Shown one piece after another: positions 1-10,080 of a stretch of 64,000 nt of DNA (positions are counted from its first letter, which is position 1; every line of letters begins with the position of its first letter). The notes below the pieces were generated by a model. That model saw only the letters and a list, made by a program, of their open reading frames with translations, had not been told where the DNA came from and did not search any database. This DNA comes from Antechinus flavipes (lineage: Eukaryota): positions 29,946,001-30,010,000 of the forward strand of contig NC_067398.1 of NCBI RefSeq assembly GCF_016432865.1. The letters are read 5' to 3'. The translations under genes and the position numbers were made by a program.

Positions 1-844
1 AGGAAGATGCTATAATCTTCAACTTACAGATGGGGAAACTGAGGCAGACATTATGTGGCTTATCCAAGGTCACACAGCCTGGAAGTGTGGAATTGAACCC
101 TGGTCTTCTGCAGCTCCAGATCCAACACTCTATCTACTGCACCATCAGCTTGGCCATGGTAGCAGAGTCTGCCAGGGACCAGAGCAGCAGAATCTAGAAA
201 AGAGTGACCTGCTTGATTCACAAGCAGTAGATGAATTCATTAGTGGAGATCTTACATCCTGCAAGTGAAGGAACGACTTGCTCCTAAATCATTCCCTAAT
301 CTACATCTGGAAGTAAATTTGGTAGAATCTCCAAGGAGAGAGAAAGTAAAGTCCCCCTTCTTTTTGCCACTCAGATTATTGGAATGAACTCAAATTATAT
401 ATATAATTTCCCTGGGGAATAAGTGGACTCAGAAGTAAAGGAGCTCTCCAGCTCTCACCTCCTCACATTAGCAGGATCTTTGCCCCTGTGGTCTCACCTC
501 CTGATTGGCTGATTTCTCTCAGACTCTCCTATTTAAGGGGACTCAGGCAGATGTCTTTATTCTTCTCCTAACTGTGCTGCTGATTCACTTCCCAAGGCAT
601 ATAACCAGGTACCATCACCTCTCAATCACTTTTCAGCTCCCTGTTCCGAATTACCTTCCTCTATTAGAAGATAATCTCCTTAAGGATTGGGGTTCTCTTC
701 TACTTCTATGTGTATTTTCAGAATTTAACATTGTTCCTGACACAGAATAAATGTTTAATAAATGTTTGATGACTAACTGAACTCTTGTTTGGGAGGGCCT
801 TGCCATAGTTTTTCAGTAAATATCATTGTGTAAAAGTTAATTAA

Positions 845-1085
845 TACTGTTATTGTTGTTGTTCAATTATGCCCAACTCTTTGTGACCCCATTTGATGTA
901 TTCTTAGCAAAAAAAAATACTGGAACGGTGTGCCATTTCTTTATTTCTTTATTTGACAGATGAGGAAACTGAGGCAAACAGGGTTAAATGAGCTAATTAA
1001 GTGAGTGGGACTGGATTTGATCTCAGGAAGATGAGCTTTCCCGATTTCAACCCAACATTCCATCCATCTTGACACTTAGCTCCCT
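845..1085 (-). mobile_element. Mar1-like CORE-SINE
   Basis: Reverse complement shows a tRNA-like head, the CORE motif (gcctcagtttcctcatctgt) and a BovB/RTE-like tail (aaatggggtcacaaagagttgggc...gaacaacaac). Confidence 0.8.
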
Positions 1086-1104
1086 TGATTAATACCAGGG
1101 GAAG

Positions 1105-1260
1105 CAGAATCAGTCAGTCAATAAACATTTATTAAACACCTACTGTGTTCCAGGCACTGCACTAAGGGCTGAGGGTACAAAGAAAGGCAAAAAACAGACC
1201 CTGTTCTGAAGTACTCACAGTCTAATGCAAGCAACTATGTACACAAAAATCTATATCCAA
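1105..1260 (-). mobile_element. L2 3' end fragment
   Basis: tcaataaacatttattaaacacctactgtgttccaggcactgcactaag is the reverse complement of the L2 terminus. Confidence 0.8.
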
Positions 1261-2021
1261 GATAGATTTTAGATAATCACTAGATGGAAGTCAGTGGAAA
1301 TAGAGAAAAATACTAGAAAAAAGCACAATGAACAGGGGGCTCATGAGCCACAGAATTAGAAATACTAGAAACCTGGAGGAAAAATAATCAGACAACTTGC
1401 AGAGACTGACTAGCCTGTGCCTGTGGGAATTGGGAAGGTGATCTCAGAAAGGGCATTGTGTACTCTGATTCCAAATACAATGTTTTATCCAACTTTTTAC
1501 CCTGTCTCTCCCTTCTAGGGCTCTCCAAAATTCTCTCGCCTTTGGTCCATTTGGACTTCATTCCTTATTTTCTCCCACTGAATTACATCTGTTAGTGATT
1601 TTGTAATTCATGTAATCTTAGAGATGGAAAAGGCTATAGACCAAGTTCAACCCCTTCACTTTATGGAAGAGGAGACTGAGGTCCCAAGAGGCTAAGCTCA
1701 TTTTATCCATGGGCGGCAAAGCCAGCCCAAGAGGCAGGGATCCTACTCCCTTGGATGGAGGGCTTGACACTTTGCTGGGATGCCTGACATCACAGCTTTT
1801 ATGGCTTGTGAGTTTCCCAAACACCCCCACAGTGAACCTGGAACAGGAAGGATTCCAGAGTCATGTATGTGGGATGTGTGTGGGGCTCAGCTAACAACAA
1901 AGTTTTTGTTTTGATACTGGACACTGCCAATTTGTTGAATTTTGAGCCCCACAGCTTTAACGTCAATTTGATCAAACAATAATTTGTCAATTTGAATTAT
2001 AGTTTTGAGATTTGCTTAGAG

Positions 2022-2403
2022 CAAAGATTTTCAACCTGGATCTGCAAACTTAAAAAAAAAAACAACAAAAAAACAACAACCCAACACATTTTAAATCATA
2101 TATTTCAATATAATTGGATTCCTTTATAATAATATGTATTTTATTTCATGCACATGAAAACATTATTCTGAAAAGACATACTAGCTAAATGGTGCAGTAG
2201 ATAGAGCACCGGCCCTGGAGGCATATGGACCCAAGTTCAAAATCTGACCTCAGATACTTGATACTTATTAGCTGTGTGACACTGAGCAAGTCACTTAACC
2301 CCTATTGCTTCACTCCCCCTCCCCAAAAAAGAAAAAAGGATCCATATGCCTCCCCAGACTGCCAAAGGGGTTCAAGACTCACAAAAAAGGCCAAGAACTC
2401 CTA
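2022..2403 (+). mobile_element. hAT-Charlie-like MITE interrupted by a WSINE1-like SINE (about 2177-2335)
   Basis: Degenerate termini caaagattttcaacctgg and ggccaagaactccta. The 8-bp flanks gcttagag and atttagag resemble a hAT target-site duplication. The internal motif cattattctgaaaag...ggatccatatgcctccccagactgccaaagggg is split by a short SINE ending in an A-rich tail. Confidence 0.6.
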
Positions 2404-2561
2404 ATTTAGAGAATACTGATACCAAGCGCTTTAAAGAGGCAACTAAGATTTTCCTAGAGAAAATCCCATGGGAACACTTAGAGCAATGATCTTTTAGCTT
2501 AAAACTTTAGGTCTATTTTTCCAAGATTTCTCAGAATTTTATAATCAAAGGTGAAGGAATG

Positions 2562-2614
2562 ATCAAAAAACAAAAAACAAGCAAACAAACAAACAAACAA
2601 ACAAACAAATAAAC
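2562..2614 (+). repeat. (AAAC)n simple repeat
   Basis: Direct reading. Confidence 0.9.
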
Positions 2615-2617
2615 ATC

Positions 2618-2727
2618 TCAAATCCAGTTCCACTCACTTAATTAGCTCATTTAACCCTGTTTGCCTCAGTTTCCTCATCTGTCAAATAAATAAAGAAATA
2701 GCAAACTGCTCCAGTAGTTTTTTTTGC
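2618..2727 (+). mobile_element. Truncated Mar1-like SINE segment, inverted relative to 907-1020
   Basis: CORE motif present; 72/73 identical to the reverse complement of 948-1020. Confidence 0.8.
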
Positions 2728-2925
2728 CAATGTCCCTTCCATAGAAAAGCAAAAGCAAAACAAGAAAAAAAAATCCTAAAATGAAGCTCAGAATGAGGTG
2801 GAGAATAAACAAAAATTATTGGAGTTATTTGGAAGGAGAAGCCAAGATTATGAGAAGTTTTGCCACTTGGGTTATTGGAATGACTTTTAAATTAAATATA
2901 TATATAAATTTGAAGCGCAGGAAAA

Positions 2926-2946
2926 CACACACACACACACACACAC
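2926..2946 (+). repeat. (CA)n microsatellite
   Basis: Direct reading. Confidence 0.95.
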
Positions 2947-3210
2947 TCGTGAGAGCCTGAAAATTTTTAAATTAAAATCAAATTTCTAAAATGTACAAAG
3001 AGAAAGTCACATCTAAAAACAGATCTATAGGACTCATAGGATCAAACTGAGTAACAGCTACTTGACTTTCTGGATATGAAGAGTTATTTCATGTCCTGTC
3101 CCTCTCTCCCCCCATACACCCTCCAGAGATAGCCCAAAGTATAAAAAAAATATTGCCTTGATGATATGATCAGATCTTGGTAATGGATTCATCAAAGGGA
3201 GGAAAATTAC

Positions 3211-3319
3211 CTGTAACTTAAACCTCAAGAATTCACTTAAGTCTCTAATGTCTGTAAGATAACCATGTGGAATTTCAGAGCTTCCAGACGGAAAGTCAAT
3301 GCTAGACAATCGTGGCTGG
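3211..3319 (-). other. Candidate internal exon (109 nt) of a - strand transcript from the CpG island
   Basis: On the - strand the acceptor is tctctgctctatcttacccag| and the donor is TTACAG|gtaatt. The sequence is non-repetitive and retains CpGs. Confidence 0.45.
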
Positions 3320-3462
3320 CTGGGTAAGATAGAGCAGAGATTTTTAACAGCTTGCCATGTAGCAAGCTTATTGGTGTTGTCACTCAGTCAGAACTATCTT
3401 TTTAAAAAAATTCTTCAATAGGGTACAGAAACTTGATGATATCTGGGCTGCAAAAATCAAAC

Positions 3463-3735
3463 ACTGGGCCCTGCACAGACCAGTCTGAAGGACTGAGTTC
3501 AGTTCTGGGCATGGCAGCGTAGGAGGGAAACTGATAAACTGGAGAAGGTCCAGATGAGGATAACTAGGACTCAGGGCCTCAAGATCATGCTACATGAGCA
3601 GCAGCCAAAAGAACTGAGGATGTTTAATATGGAGAGGAAAAGACTCAAGGGAGAAATGCTAATTGCCTTCAAGTATTTGAAGAGCTGTTACTTGAAGAAG
3701 GGATTAGACATGTTCTGTTTAGTCCCAGAGTAGCA
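3463..3735 (+). mobile_element. L3/CR1 LINE 3' ORF2 relic
   Basis: Degenerate match to the CR1 C-terminal region (gagttcagttctggg, ctggagaaggtccagatgagg, ggagaggaaaagactcaagggagaaatg...ttcaagtatttgaag). Confidence 0.8.
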
Positions 3736-4044
3736 GCTTCATGAAAATGAAGTAGAATCAAAGGATGTGGGTTGTAAACCTGCTCAGTTATTTATTACTG
3801 CTGTTTTCCTGGGCAAAAGACTTCACCTTTCTAGATCTCATCGGCCAGATGAGTTGTGTGGACCTTCTAGGGCTAACTCAACGGTGCTATGAGTTTGCAA
3901 ATAGAGTCAGGCTGAATGTCAGGAAAACTTGCTCATGGTCAGAGTAAATGGAATGGAGGTTGCTTCTCATTCTGACTCTTCAATGCAAAGATAGGATTGG
4001 AACAGCACTTGCCAGGTATATTATACAAGGATTGGAAGGCAACA

Positions 4045-4225
4045 AGTTCTCTTCCATCTCTTATGGTTCCTGTTGTCGACATTCAGTGATTTCAGTCATG
4101 TCTTGTTCTTCGTGACCTCTTTTGTGGTTTTCTTGGCAGAGATGCTGAAATGATTTGCCATTCCCAGCTCATTTTTACTGAGGAGGTAAGCAGGATTAAG
4201 TGACTTGCCCAAAGTCTGCCTCTCT
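4045..4225 (-). mobile_element. Mar1-like CORE-SINE
   Basis: Reverse-complement tail ttcagtcatgtc...ttcttggcagagatgctgaaatgatttgccatt. Confidence 0.7.
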
Positions 4226-4289
4226 CATTTAATTAAGATCCTAGGATCATCTGTCTAGAAAGAAGCCTTATCACCCATCATTTGCAGGG

Positions 4290-4515
4290 GCAATTAAATG
4301 CCAAAGAAGAGAGAGTGCCTGCCTTGAAATCAGGAGGACTCTTCACAAATTCAGATCTGGCCTCCAACAATTACTAGTTGTGTGACCTGGGCCAAGTCAC
4401 AACCCTGTTTGCCTCAGTTTCGCCTAGAGAAGGAAATGGCAAATCACTCTAGTGTCTTTGCCAAGAAAATCCTAATGGGGTTAGAAAGAGTGGAATATGA
4501 CTGAAATGATGGAAC
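4290..4515 (+). mobile_element. Mar1-like CORE-SINE
   Basis: Head plus CORE plus agaaggaaatggcaaatcactctagtgtctttgccaagaaa tail. Confidence 0.75.
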
Positions 4516-6460
4516 TCCCTCATTTGGGGTTGAGAAATGGGAGTCCCAACAAATTAGTAGGAGATAAGTGGCAGATTTCTAGCTTCCAATAAAACCCTCT
4601 TAATCTTGTACTCCTCCACACCCCAGCGTTTGAAGTCAAGTGTTCGCTACCTTGGCTTTCCACTTAAAATAGCTCCTAGTTAGTGACAGATGAAATTACT
4701 AATAAAACTTTCACTGCCTTTATACTTTGGAAGGCCTCTAAGTGAACTCCTCCCACTTGTTTTGGGGATAATTATATTTGAGACAAGTAATTTGAATGTT
4801 TAAGAAACCCATAAATTTTGCTGTGGGGCTGAAATTAAATTGATTGTTTCCAAACATACAGAAGTTTAGTCATTTCTTTTCTGCCTGGGAAAAGCTCATC
4901 TTGGAAACTTTCTTGCTGAATAGAGGAAAATTAATCTCCCCTTAATTGTTTCAGAAGGATTTCTTTATTTTCCTTCATAATATTGTTCAAATACATTCTC
5001 CCTCCATTACGGAATTTAAACAAATAAAGCACTTGATTAAGGCTGGAAGAGATAGATCATGAATAAGTGATAAGACCCTTCAGGCTAAGAAAGGCAAAGT
5101 ACTGCACGAGCTCATTTGTCTCTTTTTACAAATAGTTAAATTTAAGAAAATGAATCCGCATTAATACTTTTAACTCGGAGGAAATTTGGAGGAAGGAGGT
5201 TGCCCGATTTTTTTTCTCCCTTGCCCCCTTCTTTGGGAGCTGTCCATCATCCTGGATCAATTCCCTTTGGGATAGTCAAGAACCTGTCATACTACATAAA
5301 AAAACTGAGTTCAGGGAGGAGGTTATGGGATTATGTGCTGGTAAATTTCGAGGTTACCAAGAAGCTACAGAGGGATCAACCAGCTTTCCGGAGGGGAGAG
5401 GGCTGACATCACTCAGTTGTCATTTGTGCACTCTCAGAGCCCAAGCAAACTTTTCAGCACCATCCACTGAGGACTTAGCACTTTAGGCAGAGATGGTCTT
5501 ATATACCAAGTTTAGACGACTTGGTCTTAGCTCTTTCTTTCTTTCTTTTTTTTTTTTCCCCTCTTCTTTTTTTTTAAACAAGTACTAACAGATCGCAAGA
5601 ATGTGGAGGAGTCCTACTCCACCCAGCTCCAGGGCGGATGAACATCTGGAAGTACACAAAGGAGCCCTCTCCGCGGGTACCTTCCCTGGGTTCCAATGGG
5701 AAGCTCCTGCAGAGTACAGTACTGTACAGGAGCGCTCGCCTAAAACCCAGGGGGTTCCTTGCAATCCAAGAGCATGAGCTGAAGGGCGCACAGTGCAAGG
5801 TTTGAGGAGATCTCCGGTGCGGGGGGGCGGGAGGCGGGCGGATTACGAGCGCGCCCTCACAAACTCCAGAGTTGCCCAGGTCTGAGACGCCTCCGAGTGT
5901 CAGTGGAGCTGCCTCAGCGAGCCTGGAGCTCTGATAGCTGTGTTCCCAGAATCGACCTCCCCTCCCCTCCCCCCCCCCCCAAGACTGAGCGGAGATCTAT
6001 CAGCTTAACCTGCGGGCCCACAAAGCACACGCACCCCGGCTGCGCCTCCGGAAAGCCAGAATCACAAACGCCCCCAAACCTCCTTCAATATCCTGTCTAC
6101 ACGCGAAGCTCAAAGTCTCAGGGCTAGGGTGGGGAGGGAGGGTTAGAGTGGCGCGGGTCGGGGACTCCCTGGGTGTCCGCCGTCAGCTCCCCGGCCCGCC
6201 GCACTGGGGCAGGCGGCGAGGAGGGAGGTGGGAGGGGGATTCGAGGAGAGAGCTGGTGGGGCGGGGCTTCGAGGTGGGCAGTGCAGGGAGGAATCTTCCC
6301 CAGCCCGGAGCCGACCGCAAGCCCGGGGACCAGAGGAGCGAGCGCCGCAGTCCGCGGCCAAGGGCTCCGCGAGGTCCGGCCCCCAGGACGGAGCCCCCCT
6401 CGCCAGCGTCGGCTGGCCCATCTTCTACCGCTGAGAACAGGGGCATTGCCGCCAACGTAC

Positions 6461-6800
6461 CTGCGCTTCTGGTTCTCCGGCTCCCTCGGGGGCAGGCGCT
6501 CCCTCGCTCTGTCGCTCGCTACTTATTGTCTGCCATCAGCCCAGCACGTCGGCGCTCCCCTGGAGCCAACCTTCAAGTCCTCTCCCCGAGAGCCAACTCG
6601 GGCTGCTCCGGCAGCCGCCTGCCCCTCGGTGTCCGCTCTCCCCTCAGCAGTCCCAGTCAGCACGTGAGGATGGCCTCTAGGTTGCCCAGCTTCCCTGGCA
6701 GCTGGATCCCTGGGCATCTCCCAGCCGCCGCGCGCATCACGCCCTGCCCCTGCCGCCGCCGCAGCCTCGCCTCTCCCAGGGCTTCCTCCCTTTGATCCAA
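6461..6800 (-). other. Candidate first exon of a - strand transcript (start site approximate)
   Basis: Donor GCGCAG|gtacgt at 6461/6460. A TAATAAA element lies at about 6811-6817 on the - strand. No recognisable coding frame. Confidence 0.5.
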
Positions 6801-6819
6801 CTGAGCGCACTTTATTACT

Positions 6820-6935
6820 CTCCCTCTCTGCCCCTCCTCTCCTTCCTTCCTTCCCCCCCTCCCTCCCTCCTTCCCTTCCTTCCTTCCTTCCCTCTCTCTT
6901 CCTCCCCAGCTCCCCCCGCCCGCTGCCTCTCCCCC
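6820..6935 (+). repeat. Polypyrimidine (CCTT/CCCT)-rich tract
   Basis: Direct reading. Confidence 0.9.
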
Positions 6936-6998
6936 GGCTGGGGCGGCTGCTGCCAATGAGACTCCGCTGATGCGCTGTTCTCGTCCAGTCATTGTATC

Positions 6999-7075
6999 GG
7001 GGAGGGAGGGAGGGGACCAAAGGAAAGGGGAAGGAGGGAGGGAGGGAGAGGGGAGACGAGGGAGGGGAGGAGAGC
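6999..7075 (+). repeat. Polypurine (GGGA/GGAA)-rich tract
   Basis: Direct reading. Confidence 0.9.
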
Positions 7076-7185
7076 AGTAGTAGCGTAAAAAGACTCCATC
7101 CAACACAGCCCGGCTCGCGAGCCTCGGGCTCCCCGCCTGGGCTGCGCTGAGCTGGGATTAGAGGTCAAGAAGAGATAAGGGCCAG
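7000..7185 (+). other. Candidate first (non-coding) exon of the + strand gene (start site approximate)
   Basis: Donor GGCCAG|gtcagt at 7185/7186, downstream of the CCAAT box. No ATG in 7000-7185. Confidence 0.45.
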
Positions 7186-8508
7186 GTCAGTTCTGGGCAC
7201 TAGCAGGACGCGTAAGCTTAAAGAGCGCTGAGCGGAGTCCTGCTTCCACGAGTTTGAGGTTTGCTCTGGGACCTTGGGCAAGGCACCTGAGCCTGCGCTT
7301 ATCCCCTGCTACAATGGGGTTCACAATCCCGTAGCGCATCAGAGTTGTGCTGAGACCCAGATACGCTGTAAGATACTGGCGCTTTACAGTACACTCCAGA
7401 GCCAACCCGACCTTCAAAGATCAGGTTCGAGTCCCAAGACGCCTGAGGAGATGAGAGGTTGCGCCCTGTGCGTAATTTCTCAGTGCCATAGGCAATCCTC
7501 CCTGGCCCTAAATTTCAGAAAAGGTACTGACCTGCAGCGGTAGAAGAAATTCCCTCTGGAGAGTTCCCTACATTACTGAAACCTCTGCTTCCTATCCCCT
7601 CTTCCCCTTCGCAAACCTTTAAAGCTCCCCTTCAAAGATCAGCGCTGCTATTTGGGAGGTGAATAGCAAATGTCTCCCCAGGGACTTTCCTAGACTCCTT
7701 GCGAGGGGCTTACAACAGGCTCCTTTTAGGAATCAAAAGGAACGAGGCCTGAGGCGATGAGCCGTTCGGTAGCTTTCCAAAGGAGAGCTGCATTTTTAAA
7801 AATTGTATTTTTTGGTAACAGCACCAGCCAAGTGAGCAGATTTCATGGCCTAAGGCTATATGCAGCCTTCTTTACAAAGGGACAGACACCTGGGTTTCTG
7901 GCTTCATGGGAAGGACTGCAGCTGCAGCCCAAAGATCTCACTTCTCATTCTTGGCTCAGCCACTTGCTGCCTGTGTGACCTTGGATACACCACTTCCTTC
8001 TCTGCTCTTTGGTTTCCTCATCTGTAAAATGAGGGAATTCGAGGAGATCAGGGATTAAACCCTTTTGCATTCGTGTCATCATTCCACCCCTCTGGCAGTT
8101 CCTTCTTGGAAGCATGGTTTCCAAAGGTACACAAAGTAAAATGCATAGCATTACAGAGGAAACCGATTTTTCAAAATACCATGAGTTAGCATATTTTAAA
8201 AGACAAGGTCTTTGACCCTTGGTAAACTAAGTGATCAGATCTCAGTCTAAAGTCCCATTTTTTTGCTGATATTTCACTGCCTATCTCTGACCCACCTCTC
8301 TTTTCCCTCTCTTCCCCTGCTTCTCTCCCTTTCTCCCTGCCTTTCCCAGATACATATACATTTTCTCCCTCTTTCTCTCTTCCTCCCTTTCCCTCTCTTT
8401 CTACCTCTCTCCCTCTTCCCCATCTCACACTCTTTCTTTTTCTCTTCTCCCTCCCCTCCCTGTCTGTCTTTTTTTTTTTTTGGTCAATCCTTCTCCATCT
8501 TTTTCTCT

Positions 8509-8735
8509 NNNNNNNNNNNNNNNNNNNNNNNNNNNNNNNNNNNNNNNNNNNNNNNNNNNNNNNNNNNNNNNNNNNNNNNNNNNNNNNNNNNNNNNNNNNN
8601 NNNNNNNNNNNNNNNNNNNNNNNNNNNNNNNNNNNNNNNNNNNNNNNNNNNNNNNNNNNNNNNNNNNNNNNNNNNNNNNNNNNNNNNNNNNNNNNNNNNN
8701 NNNNNNNNNNNNNNNNNNNNNNNNNNNNNNNNNNN
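8509..8735. other. Assembly gap (227 N)
   Basis: Direct reading. It corresponds to the (CT)n-containing segment 11137-11229 of copy 2. Confidence 1.
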
Positions 8736-9002
8736 CTGTGTCCCGATATCCTTGTCTTTCAAAAATCAAATACAGGAGCCAAGATTCCAAGTAGTTTACT
8801 ACCTCTCTAGAGAGACAAGATATATGAAACAACTATAGAACAAGATGCAAGGGTATATATGCTTGTGCTGAAATGTATGATAATATGAAATGTACTTTAC
8901 AGGGGTTCAAAAAATTAGGTCAGATCAATATGGATCTACAGCAGACCCAGAGAACTTCATGGAGGAGTTGGGGTATGAGCTGGGCCTTAAAGAATGGGAA
9001 GC

Positions 9003-9147
9003 GGGGCAGCTAGCGGGTACAGTAGATAACCTGCTCTGAAGTCAGGAGAACTTGGGTTCAAATCTAGCCTCAGATATTTAACACTTCCTACCTGTGTGAC
9101 CCTGAGCAAGTCACTTAATCCCAATTGCCTCACAAAAGAAAAAAAAA
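9003..9147 (+). mobile_element. WSINE1-like short CORE-SINE with poly(A) and TSD (duplicated at about 11497-11642)
   Basis: ggggcagctagc head, gtgtgaccctgagcaagtcacttaa core and A tail. TSD aaagaatgggaagc / aaagaatggaaagc at a TT|AAAG site. Confidence 0.85.
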
Positions 9148-9199
9148 AAAGAATGGAAAGCAAAATGAGAAGGATGAAGTTTTTTCCCAATCAACAATC

Positions 9200-10080
9200 A
9201 GTTATTTTGTTCCTGAATCTTGAAGAAGACCAGGGATTCCAAGAGGCAGAGTGAAGAAGGAAGAATTTCCAGGCATGAAAGACACCAGTAATACAAAAGG
9301 GAAATGGAGTATAGTGTGTGAAAATCACTGAGTAGACCAGTATGGCTGATCAGTAGTTTTTGTGGAGAGGAATAACATTTTTTTTTAACTTTCATACTCA
9401 AAAAGAACCAAAATGAGATTCTATGTTGGGGATCAAGGTTCAGTGTGTCTGTGGCTGAAGAGACCAATAATGAGCTTGAGAGACTCTACCACAGGTGGGA
9501 GACAAATTGTTCATATGGCTATATAGAGAGACAAATTATGATGAAGCTTAAATGTCAAAAGGAGTATATATTTTGTTCTTAAGGTGAAAGGGAGCCAATG
9601 ATTTTGTTGAGTGGAGGAGAGGGGATATCATCAAAGCTACCCTTTCTGAAAATCATTTCCATGAGGATGGATAGATTAGAGCAAGGAATCAAGTAGGAGA
9701 CTATAACACTAGTCCAAGGAAAAGACCTAGGAAGATAGCTATATGAGAGGAGAGAATGGGACATAAGTAAAAGAAGTTATAGAGTTCAAAAGAACAAGAT
9801 TTGGCAAATCATTGGATGGATGGAGTGAAGAAGATGAAAAGTTAAGAATGACACTAAGTTCTCAAAGTTGGGTAACTGGGAGGATGGTGATAGTGTCAAT
9901 GGTAAAGGGAAGTTCGGAAGGGGAGTTGCATCTTATTGGGAGGAAGGAAGAGAATGAGTTGCGTTTGGGGCATGTTGAGTTTGAGATATGTATGGAACAT
10001 CCATCCACTGTGAGTATTTAGGAGACCATTTTCGATGCAGCAGTAGACCAAGTAAGAGAATGTAAAGAAGACCCAAGGAT
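9200..10080 (-). mobile_element. L2 relic (duplicated at about 11695-12575)
   Basis: GA-rich antisense L2 pattern (ttttgttcttaaggtgaaagggagccaatg, ggcatgttgagtttgag). Confidence 0.7.

Larger units (their letters stand above)
5690..7480. promoter_or_regulatory. CpG island, probable bidirectional promoter
   Basis: Sharp rise in GC and CpG against a CpG-depleted background. GC boxes at about 5820-5840, E-box CACGTG at 6661-6666, CCAAT at 6953-6957. Splice donors face outward on both strands. Confidence 0.9.

Noticed and set aside
5453-5473. REST/NRSE-like TTCAGCACC
   Set aside because: Only the left half-site matches; the right half (GGACAG) is absent.
5574-5640. - strand acceptor followed by ATG (MFIRPGAGWSRTPPHSCDLLVLV*)
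   Set aside because: No convincing donor, and the peptide is short and unrecognisable.
6143-7106. Long overlapping ORFs (up to 215 aa) on both strands
   Set aside because: Expected from stop-codon scarcity in a GC-rich CpG island. The translations are low-complexity R/P/G/A with no recognisable domain.
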